From NCBI GenBank assembly GCA_039096225.1, contig JBBPEB010000003.1:930001-994000 (forward strand): 64,000 nt of DNA, written 5' to 3'. Of the stretch, positions 49,571-62,955 are shown in pieces (positions within the stretch are counted from its first letter, which is position 1; the number at the start of each line of letters is the position of its first letter). The stretch is from Blastocystis sp. Blastoise. Its lineage: Eukaryota; Protista; Bigyra: Opalinata. Below the pieces are notes generated by a model. That model ran no database searches, was not told the origin of the DNA, and worked only from the letters and a program-made list of their open reading frames with translations. Position numbers and translations under genes: made by a program.

Positions 49571-50396
49571 TTCGAAGAAAAATTGCAAAAATGAAAGCAA
49601 CAAAAAGAATAATGAAAAGAAAATTCAGGCATTATTATTGACTGAAATTATCGTTTTCAGAAAAATGAGTAGACCGTTAATTGAATGAATTCTATATATA
49701 TGAATACATAAGGTATAGTTTTTTGCATTGCAAGATGATCTTAATAGATTCGGCAATATAATAATTAGAATGAAAGAGTAATGAAATGATATTAATCAAT
49801 TTTATTAATTTATAAGTTGAAATAAGAAGATTTATTTGATGAAAATATAATGTTCAGTCGTAAGTAAAATAGATATCTGCTAAACATGCATTGAATAGAG
49901 TACATTTCTTGATTACTCTTTTATTTCATAATTTATATAATCTAAAATAGGTCAATAAACTTAATGAATTAATGGTAATGTTGGTTGAAGTTAAATGATG
50001 TGATTTATGAGATTTTTTACATGATATTTATTATGTTGTTTCATTTATGATCTATCTTCTTGATTTCTTGAAAAAAAATGGTTTTAAAATTCATTAATCA
50101 TTATTAATATTAGTGAATTGATTATTATTAAATATATATATATAGGTTCTATATTATTTATGTTGTTACAACTATTAAACTAATAAAATCAAATATATCA
50201 GTACATGAAATTACATATATATTTATATTTTGAGATATATCAAGTGAAGTTATTTAAATATATGAGCAAAAGTAATAGAACTTCAAATGAATAAAAAGAA
50301 GACAATATTCAGTTATAAAGAAAACGTATAAAAATACATATAAATTAAAAAAAATCTATATAAATAAAAAATATCAAGAAAAAAAAATAGTTTGAA

Positions 50397-52315
50397 TTAT
50401 TCTCCTAAACAGAATTCATATAGAATATGATGATCTTTAACATATTCTGAGTTCTTTAATTGTTTGACATAAAGTAAATAATTTATTTGAGTATGACAAT
50501 CAAGTTCAAACCTAATTTCTCTTAATTTTGGAATCTGATCAGTAATAATTAGATTTATAACTTGACTTAATATTTCAGTACTTCTTATTGCTATAACTAT
50601 GTTTCTCATATTGGGAACTTTCTTTTCTTTTATATATTTCATTAATAAGTTAATTTCATATTCACAAACATTTGGACCAAGATCTATATATATATGAATA
50701 TATAATGTATTTTTTCATATAATATATATGAATATATAATGTATTTTTGCATATATATATATGAATATATATTATATATTATATATATATATATATTATA
50801 TATACTCCATGAAGACATAAATACTTCTAGTGAAGTCATAACTAGATCTTTACACTGAAGAAGTGAAAATAGAGGGTGGCATTCCTTATTATTCTTTGAG
50901 TATACTTTATCTATAGTATCTTTAAAACAAATAGTAGAAGAGGGTAAAGTGTCTTTATTTATATATTCAGAAAAAGTATCGAAAAGAGAAATATAATTTT
51001 TTTGCTGAATCTCTATAATATATATTATATATATATAATTGTAATACTCATAATAAATAAAGAACGTCAATAAATTCAATACATATTTATAATACATAAT
51101 ATATATATATATATATTATATCCTATAATAATATATAATATAATAATATCTATATACTAATATTTATTTTTTTAAGTTTAGGAAAGTTTTGCTTTGTGTA
51201 TAAATCAAAGAAAGATTTGGCATCAAAAGTATCAAAGTCTATATATATATTATTATAATATTCTTATTATTTATATATTTATATGTATAAGAAAAAAATA
51301 ATAGTGTATAGAATAAAAAAATAATTGATTATTAATTATGTTTATATATATATACCTATAGTCAATTGATTTGTATTATGAAAAAAACCTTCAGAAATTA
51401 AAATTCCATAAATATCCATACTGTTATTATTTGATATAAATATAGTAGAAGCTTTTGGTATGAGTTTTATAATTATAGTCTTCAAAGATAAGAAATAATT
51501 AGATTTTATATCCATTGTATCACTAGGAAATCTAATATAAAGATCAGATAAACTTTCAAAAGGAATAATATTAAAAAGTGATTCAATCCATTTCATTCGC
51601 TTTTCACTAACATCATAAATTTCTAAATGGAATTCTTGTAGATGTTTTAAGGTATTCCCTTGAAATAATCCGTTTATAGCTTCTTCTAAGTCATCATCAA
51701 CACGTTTATGAAAAGATTCAATATCTTCATCTTCTTCTTTATGTATATATGTATAATATAAACGACGTCTTTGCATCTCATTCATATATTCATCATTGTC
51801 ATCATCATAATCTGAAAAAGCAAGACTTAGATTTTTTATTTCTTGATTTTGATGATCCATATATGCATCTATATACCTCGTTTTTATACGCTCATTTGAG
51901 TTAATTTCAAATTTCTCAGGAAGAGAGATTAAACCGTTTGCTAATAATTTTTCCACATTGGGAAAATAAAATATACCGTCTTCTATATATATATATATAT
52001 AATAATTTTATGATAAAATAAAGAGTTGAAATATACCATAATAAACAAAATAAACACAATAAACATAATAAATATAATAAATATAATAAATATAATAAAT
52101 ATAATAAATATAATAAATATAATAAATATAATAAATATAATAAATATTTAAAAAAAGAATATACTAAGATTATTTATATGTATATTATAATTAGATGCTA
52201 AGTCATCTAATAAAGGAGCAGCATATTTGATATAAGAAGAATCATAAGGAACATTAATAGTATCAATAAATGATAGAAGATGATGGGGTAATAAGCAACT
52301 ATAGGTTTCTTGAAC

Positions 52316-52397
<82 letters not shown>

Positions 52398-52527
52398 TAT
52401 ACATATAGTGTATATTAATTATATATATACCATCACTGTTAAAACTAGAATCATAAGTAATAATATGTAATTTTGGAAAACATGTTTTATTAACCAAACA
52501 TAATAGTGATGACTGCTTATCTTTATC

Positions 52528-52561
<34 letters not shown>

Positions 52562-52999
52562 GTTTACTTGAAATATGTAGTTCAGTTATATCAGGAAATA
52601 TATGCGAAGTAATAATATCACTCAGTCTATAATCACAAAAGAAAGGCACATATTCTTCAAGTGTTGATAAATTAAGTTCAGTTAAAGAATCAAAATAACC
52701 TTTTTGAAATGCTTTTATTATTGGCTCTGCAGATGATTTTGATGTTACTATTATATATAATAATAATAATATAGTCATATATATAATTGAATGAATAAAT
52801 TAATAGCGATATAAATATATATATATAGATATAAAAAAGATACTAATATTCAATATAGTACTATATAGAAATATAATAATAATAATTATATTATTATTAT
52901 ATATATATATACCTGATGGTAAGCTGACATAAGAAATAGAAGAATAAATAGGTAATTGTAATAATTGACTAAAACCACATTCAATATTAGGACAAGGAA

Positions 53000-53093
<94 letters not shown>

Positions 53094-54390
53094 TCTAATG
53101 AAACATTATTTGAATCCTCTATATATATAACAAAATAGAAATGATATTTTAAATATATATATAAATACATCAAAAAAATATATATACTATGATTTATATA
53201 TACTTTCATATTTCAAAGAAAGACTAACTTTAGTTAATTCAGATCTCTCATAAGTTTTTTCTAATTTTGAGTAATCCTGATTATATAGAGCTTCTTCTAC
53301 TTTATTTTCATATAACCGCGGTAAAGAACCTTCAGACTTCAAATCATCATATCTATCTAATAAATATTTCGAAAATTGATTTCTATGTATATCATTATTA
53401 TTAACTAGTTGATAGCGTCGAATTTCAGACTTTGTGAACATTTCATAAGCTATCCTATCCCATTCTTTATCTCGACACCAGTCAACAAAGAAATGAAATT
53501 GTTCCATATATTCATCAGTAAACGGATTCAGTCGTATATCGGTCTCTTCAAAACTCACATTTACTATATATATATATATCATTATTTATATATATAAATC
53601 ATTATTTTATATTAATATAAATCATTATTTTATATTATTATAAATTATTATTATAATATATATATACCAGTTATTTTTAGTTTTTCTAAAGCTGGGAATA
53701 TTTCTTTAATGTTTGAAGGACATATATATTCTAATGGAATAGTTGAAGAATATTGATCTATATATATATATTACATAACATTAATGAATATATATTCATA
53801 TATATACACTCAATAAAAACAGTGGTAATATTTATTTGTTTAAAAATATGTGAATAACATAAAAGTTTTTCTCTTTTTTCAGATGTAGTTAAACCGTCTA
53901 TTTTGAGTACTTTGCTATTATAACTAAATATTTCCATAGGCATTGTTAATTCAGAATCATCATTGTCATCAAAATAAACTTTATAATGATTCTCCTTCAA
54001 AAAACTAATTACTATTTGTTCCACATGATTAGATAATTCTTGTAGTTTATCATCTTTAATATCAACTGAGTACTCATCAAGTGTTTCACAAATATCAGCA
54101 CTATCTTTAAAACTCATTGAGGAAATATCTATGTTATCTTCCATTAAAAACTGAATGACATCTTTCATATGTAATGGAAGCATATCTATATAATAACTTC
54201 CATCGTCATACTTATCAGAATGCTTAATAATATCATAAAAAGGTAACTCACGATAGTTCTCAATAACTTTTACAGGAATCCATAATTGCGTCTCATCTTG
54301 AAATGAAAACAAATCTAATAAGAAATAAAGCATTTTCATAAATATTCAAATACATTTTTCTTCATTTAACTGAAATTCAGTAGTTTCCAT
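50397..54390 (-). CDS. BTB/POZ-like N-terminus + LRR-like repeat protein (lineage-specific family)
   Basis: ATG 54390 with a short first intron. YLFSFQDETQLWIP...YYID....VIQFL resembles a BTB/T1 fold. Repeated FP.L..L motifs (FPALEKL, FDSLTELNLS, FPDITELHIS, FPKLHII, FPKLKKI, IPKLREI). Confidence 0.65.
53002..53093 (-). other. Intron consisting solely of G(TA)45G
   Basis: Removal joins ...NNVSLD|IPCPNIECGF in an open frame. Confidence 0.7.
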
Positions 54391-54726
54391 CGCTTTATTT
54401 ATACTTGATTTTTATAATGATCATAAGATGAAGTATCATACTTGATAATAGTTTGACTTTATTATAAATAAATCTAACAAACTTGTTAAAGAACGTATAC
54501 AAGTCTTAGAACCACAGTATTTCAGACTCTTTCAGAATTGATAAAGAAAAAGAGTCAGAAAGGATTTTTCATGAGACTTTATCAAAACGACTCTTTAAAG
54601 ATATTTTTATTCATGATTTTATTGTCAGGTTTCCTGAGGAAACGGAATATCTTCTTTTTTTGTAAGAATTGAATTTACATAAATAATTTATCTTTAAAAA
54701 GTATTTAGAAAGGAATTATCGTTAGA

Positions 54727-55178
54727 ATGGATTGTAAAGGTTGTGAAGGTCATAAAGGATGTCTCTGTGGTGGAATTAGCGCTCGTGCTGTCGATGATAC
54801 GATGATTGCCGTACATATTTTTATTTATATTTTATTTATAGCAATAATATCTATTTATTCTTGAATGATTCTAATGAATTTCATTTAATTTATAGCTTGG
54901 TAATGAAATTAAAAGTGAAATTGAAACTACTCTCTCTAAGACTTTCAATAAATATACTGTAGTTAAAGCTAGTACTCAAGTAGTTGCTGGATCCATGACT
55001 CGTTTAACCATTGAAGTCGATGATGGACATCAAGTTTCTTGTGCTGTGTATATATATTTTTATATAATTAAATATTTTTATATTATTATATATATTTTTT
55101 TATAATTATTATTAAATATATAGTTGGGAGAAACCTTGGGAACATTTCAGACAAGTCTCAAATGTTCAATATGAATAA
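54727..55178 (+). CDS. Cystatin (cysteine protease inhibitor, family I25), 96 aa; not in ORF track
   Basis: Exons 54727-54810, 54896-55047 and 55124-55178 give MDCKGCEGHKGCLCGGISARAVDDTMIALGNEIKSEIETTLSKTFNKYTVVKASTQVVAGSMTRLTIEVDDGHQVSCAVWEKPWEHFRQVSNVQYE*. It has the N-terminal GG, QVVAG and PW motifs. Confidence 0.92.
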
Positions 55179-55733
55179 ACTCGTTCATAATTGTTTAATG
55201 AACATTTTGTTTTATAATTATATTGCTTTTAATGCTTAGCAGTGTTTTTTTTTGTTCAATTAGCAAGTTATATCTTGCGTATATAACAATATTTCAGTCA
55301 TTTAGTTTTGTTTATGGACACCATTTTCATCAAACATTTTTTTCACTTATTTTTATTAGGTTCACTTTATGAGTTCATTGACATAGTATTTTATATTCAT
55401 AAATGTAGTCCTTCAAGTGATTAGTTCATTTTTGTTTTTTAGATGATCAACAAACCAAAGAGATTCGTTTCAATTATTCATTTAAAACTGTGTTGTAACA
55501 TTTTTGTCAAATAATATAGAATTGAAAATATAGAAAAACAAAGAGACAGACATGAAATACTAAGTTGAAAATAATAAAACGAAAACCAGAAACGACGTTG
55601 TTCCTTTCTTTATTCGTTTTTGATTAGGTTTTCATTCAATATACCGATAGTGGTAAAATTTTATTTTTTAAAATTGATAAAGTATATCTTCATTCATATT
55701 GAGCGTTGAAAATAATACAAAAAAGAAAAGAAT

Positions 55734-56358
55734 ATGATTTCTCGGCAATATCGCGAAATAAAATTAATAAGTCGATGTAGATCATTGATACTGAATGCAA
55801 AGTTGATTCGTTTTAAGCCATCGATGTCTCTTCTAAAGGCAAATTATCATCCATTTTATAGAACTTTTTCTTCAATTCGTGGTGAACATGATTCTGAACA
55901 GTATTTTATATTGAATTATAATAATATGTTATCAAATCATCGTGAATCATTATATATCTCATCTTTTCCGTGTATAATTCTATTCATAATATTTTGTTTA
56001 GTGATATTAAAGATACTAGTTATTGGGTAAAGAAAGGAAATCAAGTGACTGCTGCAGGAGCAGGTGTAAATTTAGGATTAGCAGCCTCTAAAGTATTATT
56101 TTTTTAAAGTTAAATTGTGATTATTTTATTTGATAAATAGTGGACTGCAGGCATAATGCTTCATTCACCTAGTTTAGTTGCAGGTATATTTTTATTATTT
56201 TATTTTGTTATTTATATATATATATATAGATGGGATTCATTCTTTATCGGATTTATTATCTGATTTTATTACATTAGCCGTTGTGAAATTAGCCAGAAAA
56301 CCACCCAATAAATTATTCCCGTAATTATTTTAATTTATTTTATTCTTTTATTTATTGA

Positions 56359-56405
<47 letters not shown>

Positions 56406-56956
56406 GATATGGTTTTGGTCGTGTAGAATCTATAGGTGCGGTGTCTATATCTATATGTTTATTAGGAGCAGGATTATATGTAGGTTGGGATAGTTTTCAG
56501 AGTTTATTATCTATTCTTCATGGTAGTACTGCTTTCTCTTTAGATCTTAAAGATATTCAATCTCTACTTGTATATTTATATATATAGATTTATTATATAA
56601 GAAAAAGTTATATATATAAAGATAATCTAACTATATATATATATAGGTTGGTCCAGGTGTTCTTGTAATGTCTCTTGTTCTAAAAGAAGTTCTTTTTCGA
56701 TGGACATTAAAAGTGGGTATGCATAATATTATATATTATATATTATTATATATTATATATATATTTATTATCATTATATATTATTATTTATTATTATTTA
56801 TTATTATTATTTATTATATATATAGGGAATAAATGTTCTTCTCCGTCGTTAATAGCAAATGCATGGCATCATCGAACGGACTCAATTTCCGCGGGAATTG
56901 CTCTAATCGGTGTTTTAGGACGATATTTTGGGTATATATATGATTTTTCTATATAG

Positions 56957-56997
<41 letters not shown>

Positions 56998-57166
56998 TAT
57001 CCGTTTTTAGATCCAATTGCTGGTATTATTGTTGGCGGATTTATTTGTCATATAGGTATATATACCTATATATATATATATTATATATAGGATTGGATTA
57101 TTTGATTCATAATAGTATATATATATTGGATGGAAATGATACCGAATTATATAATAAATACTCAAA

Positions 57167-57211
<45 letters not shown>

Positions 57212-57422
57212 ATACTCTATTAGTATACCTATTATTTACTTATTATTCTATAGTAAGTTTATCACCTCATATTCCAAAGTATAAAGATCTAAGAGTGCGT
57301 CATCTTGGACCTTATATATATGTTGATATATATATAGATATATATATATAATTATATATATTTATATATATAGATATATGTGTAATTCTTCCTTCAGATA
57401 CTCATTTAGAACAAGCTATTGT

Positions 57423-57462
<40 letters not shown>

Positions 57463-57774
57463 TATATATTATAAAACATCATTATTATTATCTCCTCTTC
57501 TTCTATAGATTGAAAAGCGATTAAATGAATTACTTCATTCTATTTCTCCAAATGTTAAAGAAGTTCTAGTTCATTATACTTGTGTATATATATATTTTAT
57601 TTTATTTTTAATTTATAAAAGAGTAACAATTATCAATATATATATATATATATATATATATAGGATCAAGGAAAGTCGATTCATAATTTTGATTGTGATT
57701 TTATTGTACCACCTCAAGTAGAGTCAAAACATGATAATTCCCAAGGGAATAATGACAATAAGGTATCGAATTAA
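55734..57774 (+). CDS. Mitochondrial cation diffusion facilitator (MMT1/MTP6/FieF-like metal transporter)
   Basis: Arg-rich presequence. Spliced motifs ADGIHSLSDLLSD, PYGFGRVES, LIANAWHHRTD, FLDPIAGIIV and DLRVRHLGPYIYVD. The last exon is ambiguous because of a possible 29-nt intron at 57763-57791. Confidence 0.9.
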
Positions 57775-58563
57775 GAATATTTCTTCTATAGGTCTATGTT
57801 CATAATCAACAACTCTATTTATTTTTTATCTATTACTATTATTCTACTTTTTATTCATATTCTATATGTTTCCTAGTTTATTATATTCTTTGTTAATTCC
57901 ATTATCCTTTTGTTTTGGATAATTCTTTTATTTTTTAATTTCTTTCTTTCTTTTTTGTGGGTCTTTCTTTTGTGTAATTATCGTTTCGTATTTATATTTA
58001 AAATTATTATATGCTATTATTGTTAAAATGCATATTCTAACACATAACAACACTCATTATAAATATTTTCTCAAAATTAATAGGTAATCAGTGATACCAT
58101 AATTTAACTCACTATCTTCTGTATGCAAATTCAACGGAATAAAAAATGAAATCTTCAATTAATAATACAATTTTTATTCTATTAGTTATTCTTCTCTTCT
58201 AATTATATTTTTTATATAAATCAGATAAATCTAAATATTCTATAATCAAAATAATAACAATAAACTTGATTCAATTATTAAAAATAAAATTTACCATTAA
58301 CAATTTATATTGTCGATTCATTAACGACACTCATAGTTATATTTACAACACATACTAAATATATATATCAAAAATACCAAGTTATTCTGAAGAACTTCTG
58401 TTTTTTTTACTTTTATTCTCTTTATTTTTTATTCTCTATATTCTATTTAAATCTACTTCCTATCACGATAAAAAATAAGAAAATATAAGTATCGTATCTC
58501 CTGAAGGAATACTGAGAAATAATGAAAAAATATACTAAAATATTTCTTCTTTATTTTTACAAG

Positions 58564-59793
58564 ATGAATGCCTATGATATTATAATGGATTTAATTACAC
58601 CTGACTACATACCTCCACTTTGGTACTGTATTTATCCTACACAGATCGTAAGGAATATCTTTCAATGTTGTTGTGGCGCTCTTGTAAGACCTATTCTTTA
58701 TCGAAAAAGCATCAAGAAGGATAAGTATATTTTGAATATAACGTTATTTGTCTTTATTCTTTTAGGGATTTACAACATACGATTGCAGAAAGTTTTATTA
58801 AGTACTATAAGTCGTTCTGTATTGTTACTACAGGTCAACGAGTTCTTGAGCACTTTATGAATTTATTTGTCAACAAGGATCTTATCCAAAAATGCTTGAA
58901 ACGTATCCTTTTATCGCTTGCATTGTTTTCTTTCTATTGTTTTTATTTACATACTATTAGTTATGTTATTTTCATTATAGAACTATATTTATCTTCTATT
59001 TAGATGTGATGAATCGTGCGTCTTCACATGTAGAAACAGTTTCTTCATCTTATTATTTCTTTAAAACTGCTTTTCTATGTGCTAGACAAAGTATATATTA
59101 TGAAGCTTCTTATTTATTGTTAAGTAACTTTCATATTTATAACAATTATTGCAAAAAAGTCAAAGACTTAGATGTATATTGTTATTCTATATTGTTAATA
59201 ATTGTTATTATATATGAATTTTTATTTAAATATATATTGTTAATAATCGTTATTAAATATATATTTTTATTTAAATATATATTGTTAATAATCGTTATTA
59301 TATATGAATTTTTATTTAAATATATATTATTAATAATCGTTATTAAATATATATTTTTATTTAAATATATATATATATATTGTTTATAATAGATACTAAT
59401 TCAGGAGAATACCGAGACTCATCCCAATACACCCGTTGATAGCGAAGAGAACTATAAGAATTATTATATTACCTTGAAAGAAAATTACAAGCAACAAGTA
59501 TATACCGATGTTCATCATGAAATATCTATCGATTCCTTTATTAAATTATTATTATTATTATTTTTAAAACTATATTATATACTATCTAGATAAAGAGTAA
59601 TTTGTTGATATCTTTCATTCGTTATTGTTCGTCGTTCTTTGGATCTCTATTTGGGTCTTATATATGTCCAGGAATAGGGTCTGCTATTGTATGTGATATT
59701 TCTGTCGCTTTAGCATTTGCTTTATTAAAATACCCTCAAAATGCAGATGTTGATTATTTACCTATTGAATTAAATAATACCAATCATCAGTGA
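58564..59793 (+). CDS. Hypothetical protein with C-terminal Gly-rich hydrophobic segment
   Basis: Multi-exon ORF from MNAYDIIMDL... to ...FIRYCSSFFGSLFGSYICPGIGSAIVCDISVALAFALL...NHQ*. Introns are GT-AG. Confidence 0.65.
59188..59378. repeat. Intronic tandem repeat (~87-bp unit x2, each of two ~43-45 bp subunits)
   Basis: Repeated ATATTGTTAATAATCGTTATTA...TTTTTATTTAAATAT, visible as the duplicated YILLIIVI.. peptide in the ORF track. Confidence 0.8.
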
Positions 59794-60240
59794 GTTCCAA
59801 ATATATATACATAATTAATGTGGAAAATTGTTATTACAATGCATTCTATAAGTATTTATCTATATATAGATTGTTTATATATTATATATGTTTTTTGGTT
59901 GTTATTTAGGTCGTATTTATTTAAAATTATGTTTATTATTATAATCATTACCTATTGTTTCTTCTTAATTTTTGTGAATCTTTTTTTTTATTCACTTTCC
60001 TTTCAGAGAAGAAATTTCAATTGAAAATATTATTATTAGAATAAAAATGAACCTTAATTTGCTCTTAATTACATTTCGATTTTTTTTTATAAAAATAAAA
60101 ATAATATAATTTATCTTGCATAACATAATGATATTCAAAAAGTATTTTTTATAAAATAAATTATAATAAAATAAGTTAATAATTTGTAAAACAATTTTGA
60201 ACCAAAAAAAATGTCACATTTTTTAAATCTTTTTTTCAGC

Positions 60241-62955
60241 ATGAGTTCGAATCAAGTATATATTATGTTTATCTATTTATGCTGATAATCATTATTACAC
60301 AGGAAGCATACTTAAATCAATTTGAAAATATCAATGTTCAGAGCTCGATCGAAACTTTTTACTCTCAATTTAATGAAATAGCGCCATTAATGATTCAGAA
60401 AACAGTTCAGGAAGATTTTAGGTATACATATTCATATTTATATTAGTACACAAAAATATTTATTTCTAAATATAGATATTTATGTTCTATTAATGGGTAT
60501 ACGAATAAGGTACTTTCAATACTATATAAAGGAATTCAAAAATTAGAAGATTATGCTAAAGGTATTAAGAATATAAATACATTTCTAGTTTTATTTCTGA
60601 TTAGATATTCAATTTGAAATTGAGGATCATAATCAGATCGATGTGAAGGTTGATGAGATTGTTCTAGATACGATGACGAATTGTTGTCGTCTTTTACGTA
60701 ATTTATGTGCTAATTCTCCAGCAAATCAACTGATTCTTTTTGAATTTCATTTAGATTATAAAGTATGTATTTTCTTAAAAGTTTTTATATTTTAATACGT
60801 CTATTTATTTGACAAATAATGAATATCTATATGTTTATATATAGGTTTTGCCTTTATATTCAAATATACAATTATGGGGTGCTGGTGAATTCACATGGTC
60901 TACGAAATATGAATTATTTATTCAAATATGTACTCAAATGCTATGTAATGCTATTACTCTATTTGAAAAAGGACAACAAAGTTTATGGACATTGTTCTTC
61001 CCAGGCATATTCCTGTATGTATATATATTATTTATTTTATTTATTATATATATGTATAAATGTATTCATTTTTTGTTGTTGGATTCATTTATATAAATTA
61101 TTTATATATATATAGGAAATCATATAAGAATTATAAGCATATCCGTAAAATTCTTGGTTTTACATCTGCATTATTGTATATATATATATATTATTATTCA
61201 ATATATATATATATATAATAATAAATATTATTATTATATTCAATATATATATATATATATATAATAATAAATATTATATTCCATATATTCAATATATAAA
61301 TAGATATAATTGTTTATGTGACAGTCAAAAGAAAGATAAGTATATTGATATAGATTCGACTATTGATCAAACAAATATCATTTATTCCCGTGTTTATTCG
61401 TTATCTAATGAAAGTGAATTATTAAATCGAATCTTATCGAGTATTGTCACTTATAATGAAGAGGAATATAATCTCGGTATTTCTTTTTTATATTATTATT
61501 ATTATTCTATATTTTACCTAGTATCAATACTCATTTTCTTATATTTTTTATTTCTTTAAAATAATTATATATATAGATGACACTTATATGTATGGCTCTT
61601 TTATATTTCAAAAGATATTCCAGTATATACATATGCAGCATTTCTTCGAATCTTTCGCTTCTTCTCCATTTCCTGTTCTATCTCCCTCTCAATTAATGAT
61701 ATTAAAGCTATTTCATGAATATATATTAGATCAACCGAGTATATTATTATTTATTAATATGGATCACTTAATAATATTCATATAACTACTATTCTGTTTT
61801 CTATTTGATTATTCTATATATCTAAATAGTTTAGTATCTATATTATTTTATTATTATATATATATAGCTTATAAGTTTAGTCTCCAGAATTATTTATTCC
61901 TTTCTTCTCTTCTTCCTCAATATATATATTCTCTCTCTCTTCCTGATGATATATATACAAATACTAGTATAACTACTTCTACTCCTCTTTCGAAGGAAGC
62001 AGAACAAGCTCAACTTACTCTGTGTTCTGAAGCTACAGGAATAATCATGGAAATATTAGCAAATTTCCCACGTATAATTGTTATTAGTCAATATTATATT
62101 TTTCTGCTTTTAATATATGTATTGTTATATATATATTATTTTTTATAATTATTATATATTGTATAAAATGAATTTATCTACAAATTTTATTTATTATATA
62201 ATAATAATAATATATATATATATATATATTATAGATTCATATTCCGAGAATATATTGAAAGTGTTTTATGAAAATAATATTCACTTGATTTCTATTGCTA
62301 TCATCAAAATACCTCTTCGTATATATATCAATTATTATATAAATAAAAAAACATATAAATTAATAAATAAATTACATATTCATTAATATATATAATTAAA
62401 CATATATTCCTTGCTAATTATTATAATTACTCTCTGTATATATTCATTTATCTACATAGCTCTATCTGAAAAGACACTGAAAGCTGCTGAAAAAGAAGGT
62501 ATTCATATTCCTCCTGCTCCTGAATTTATTAAAACATGGCCTCATGGAATACGAACGTCTGCTATGAAATTATTATCTAATCTTAGTTATCAAAATAAAT
62601 ATATGCAGGATCTAGTATTTCGAATTATCATAATTTATTATTTTTCTATTTATATAAATTTAATTTAATTTATAATTTTTATTGTATAGATTCGTACAGA
62701 AGGGTGTATTGTTCATATATTAGATAATATGAAAATAGATCAAGACAATCCAACACTTCGTGAATGGGCTCTTTTTACTGTATATATAAATCTATTTTAA
62801 ATATATATATAAATTAATCTAAAAAAAATATTTATATATTTTAATAGGTTCGTAATATCACTGAAGATAACATTGAGAACCAACAGTATATCTCAGAAAT
62901 TAAAGCTCAGCGTGTTCAAGTACAAGAACCATTACAAAAACTTGGTGTTCACTAA
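60241..62955 (+). CDS. ATXN10: Ataxin-10 homologue
   Basis: N-terminal CRLLRNLCANSPANQ. C-terminal Atx10 domain GIRTSAMKLLSNLSYQNKYMQDLIRTEGC..IL...KIDQDNPTLREWALFTVRNITEDNIENQQYISEI. Stop at 62953-62955. Confidence 0.88.
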
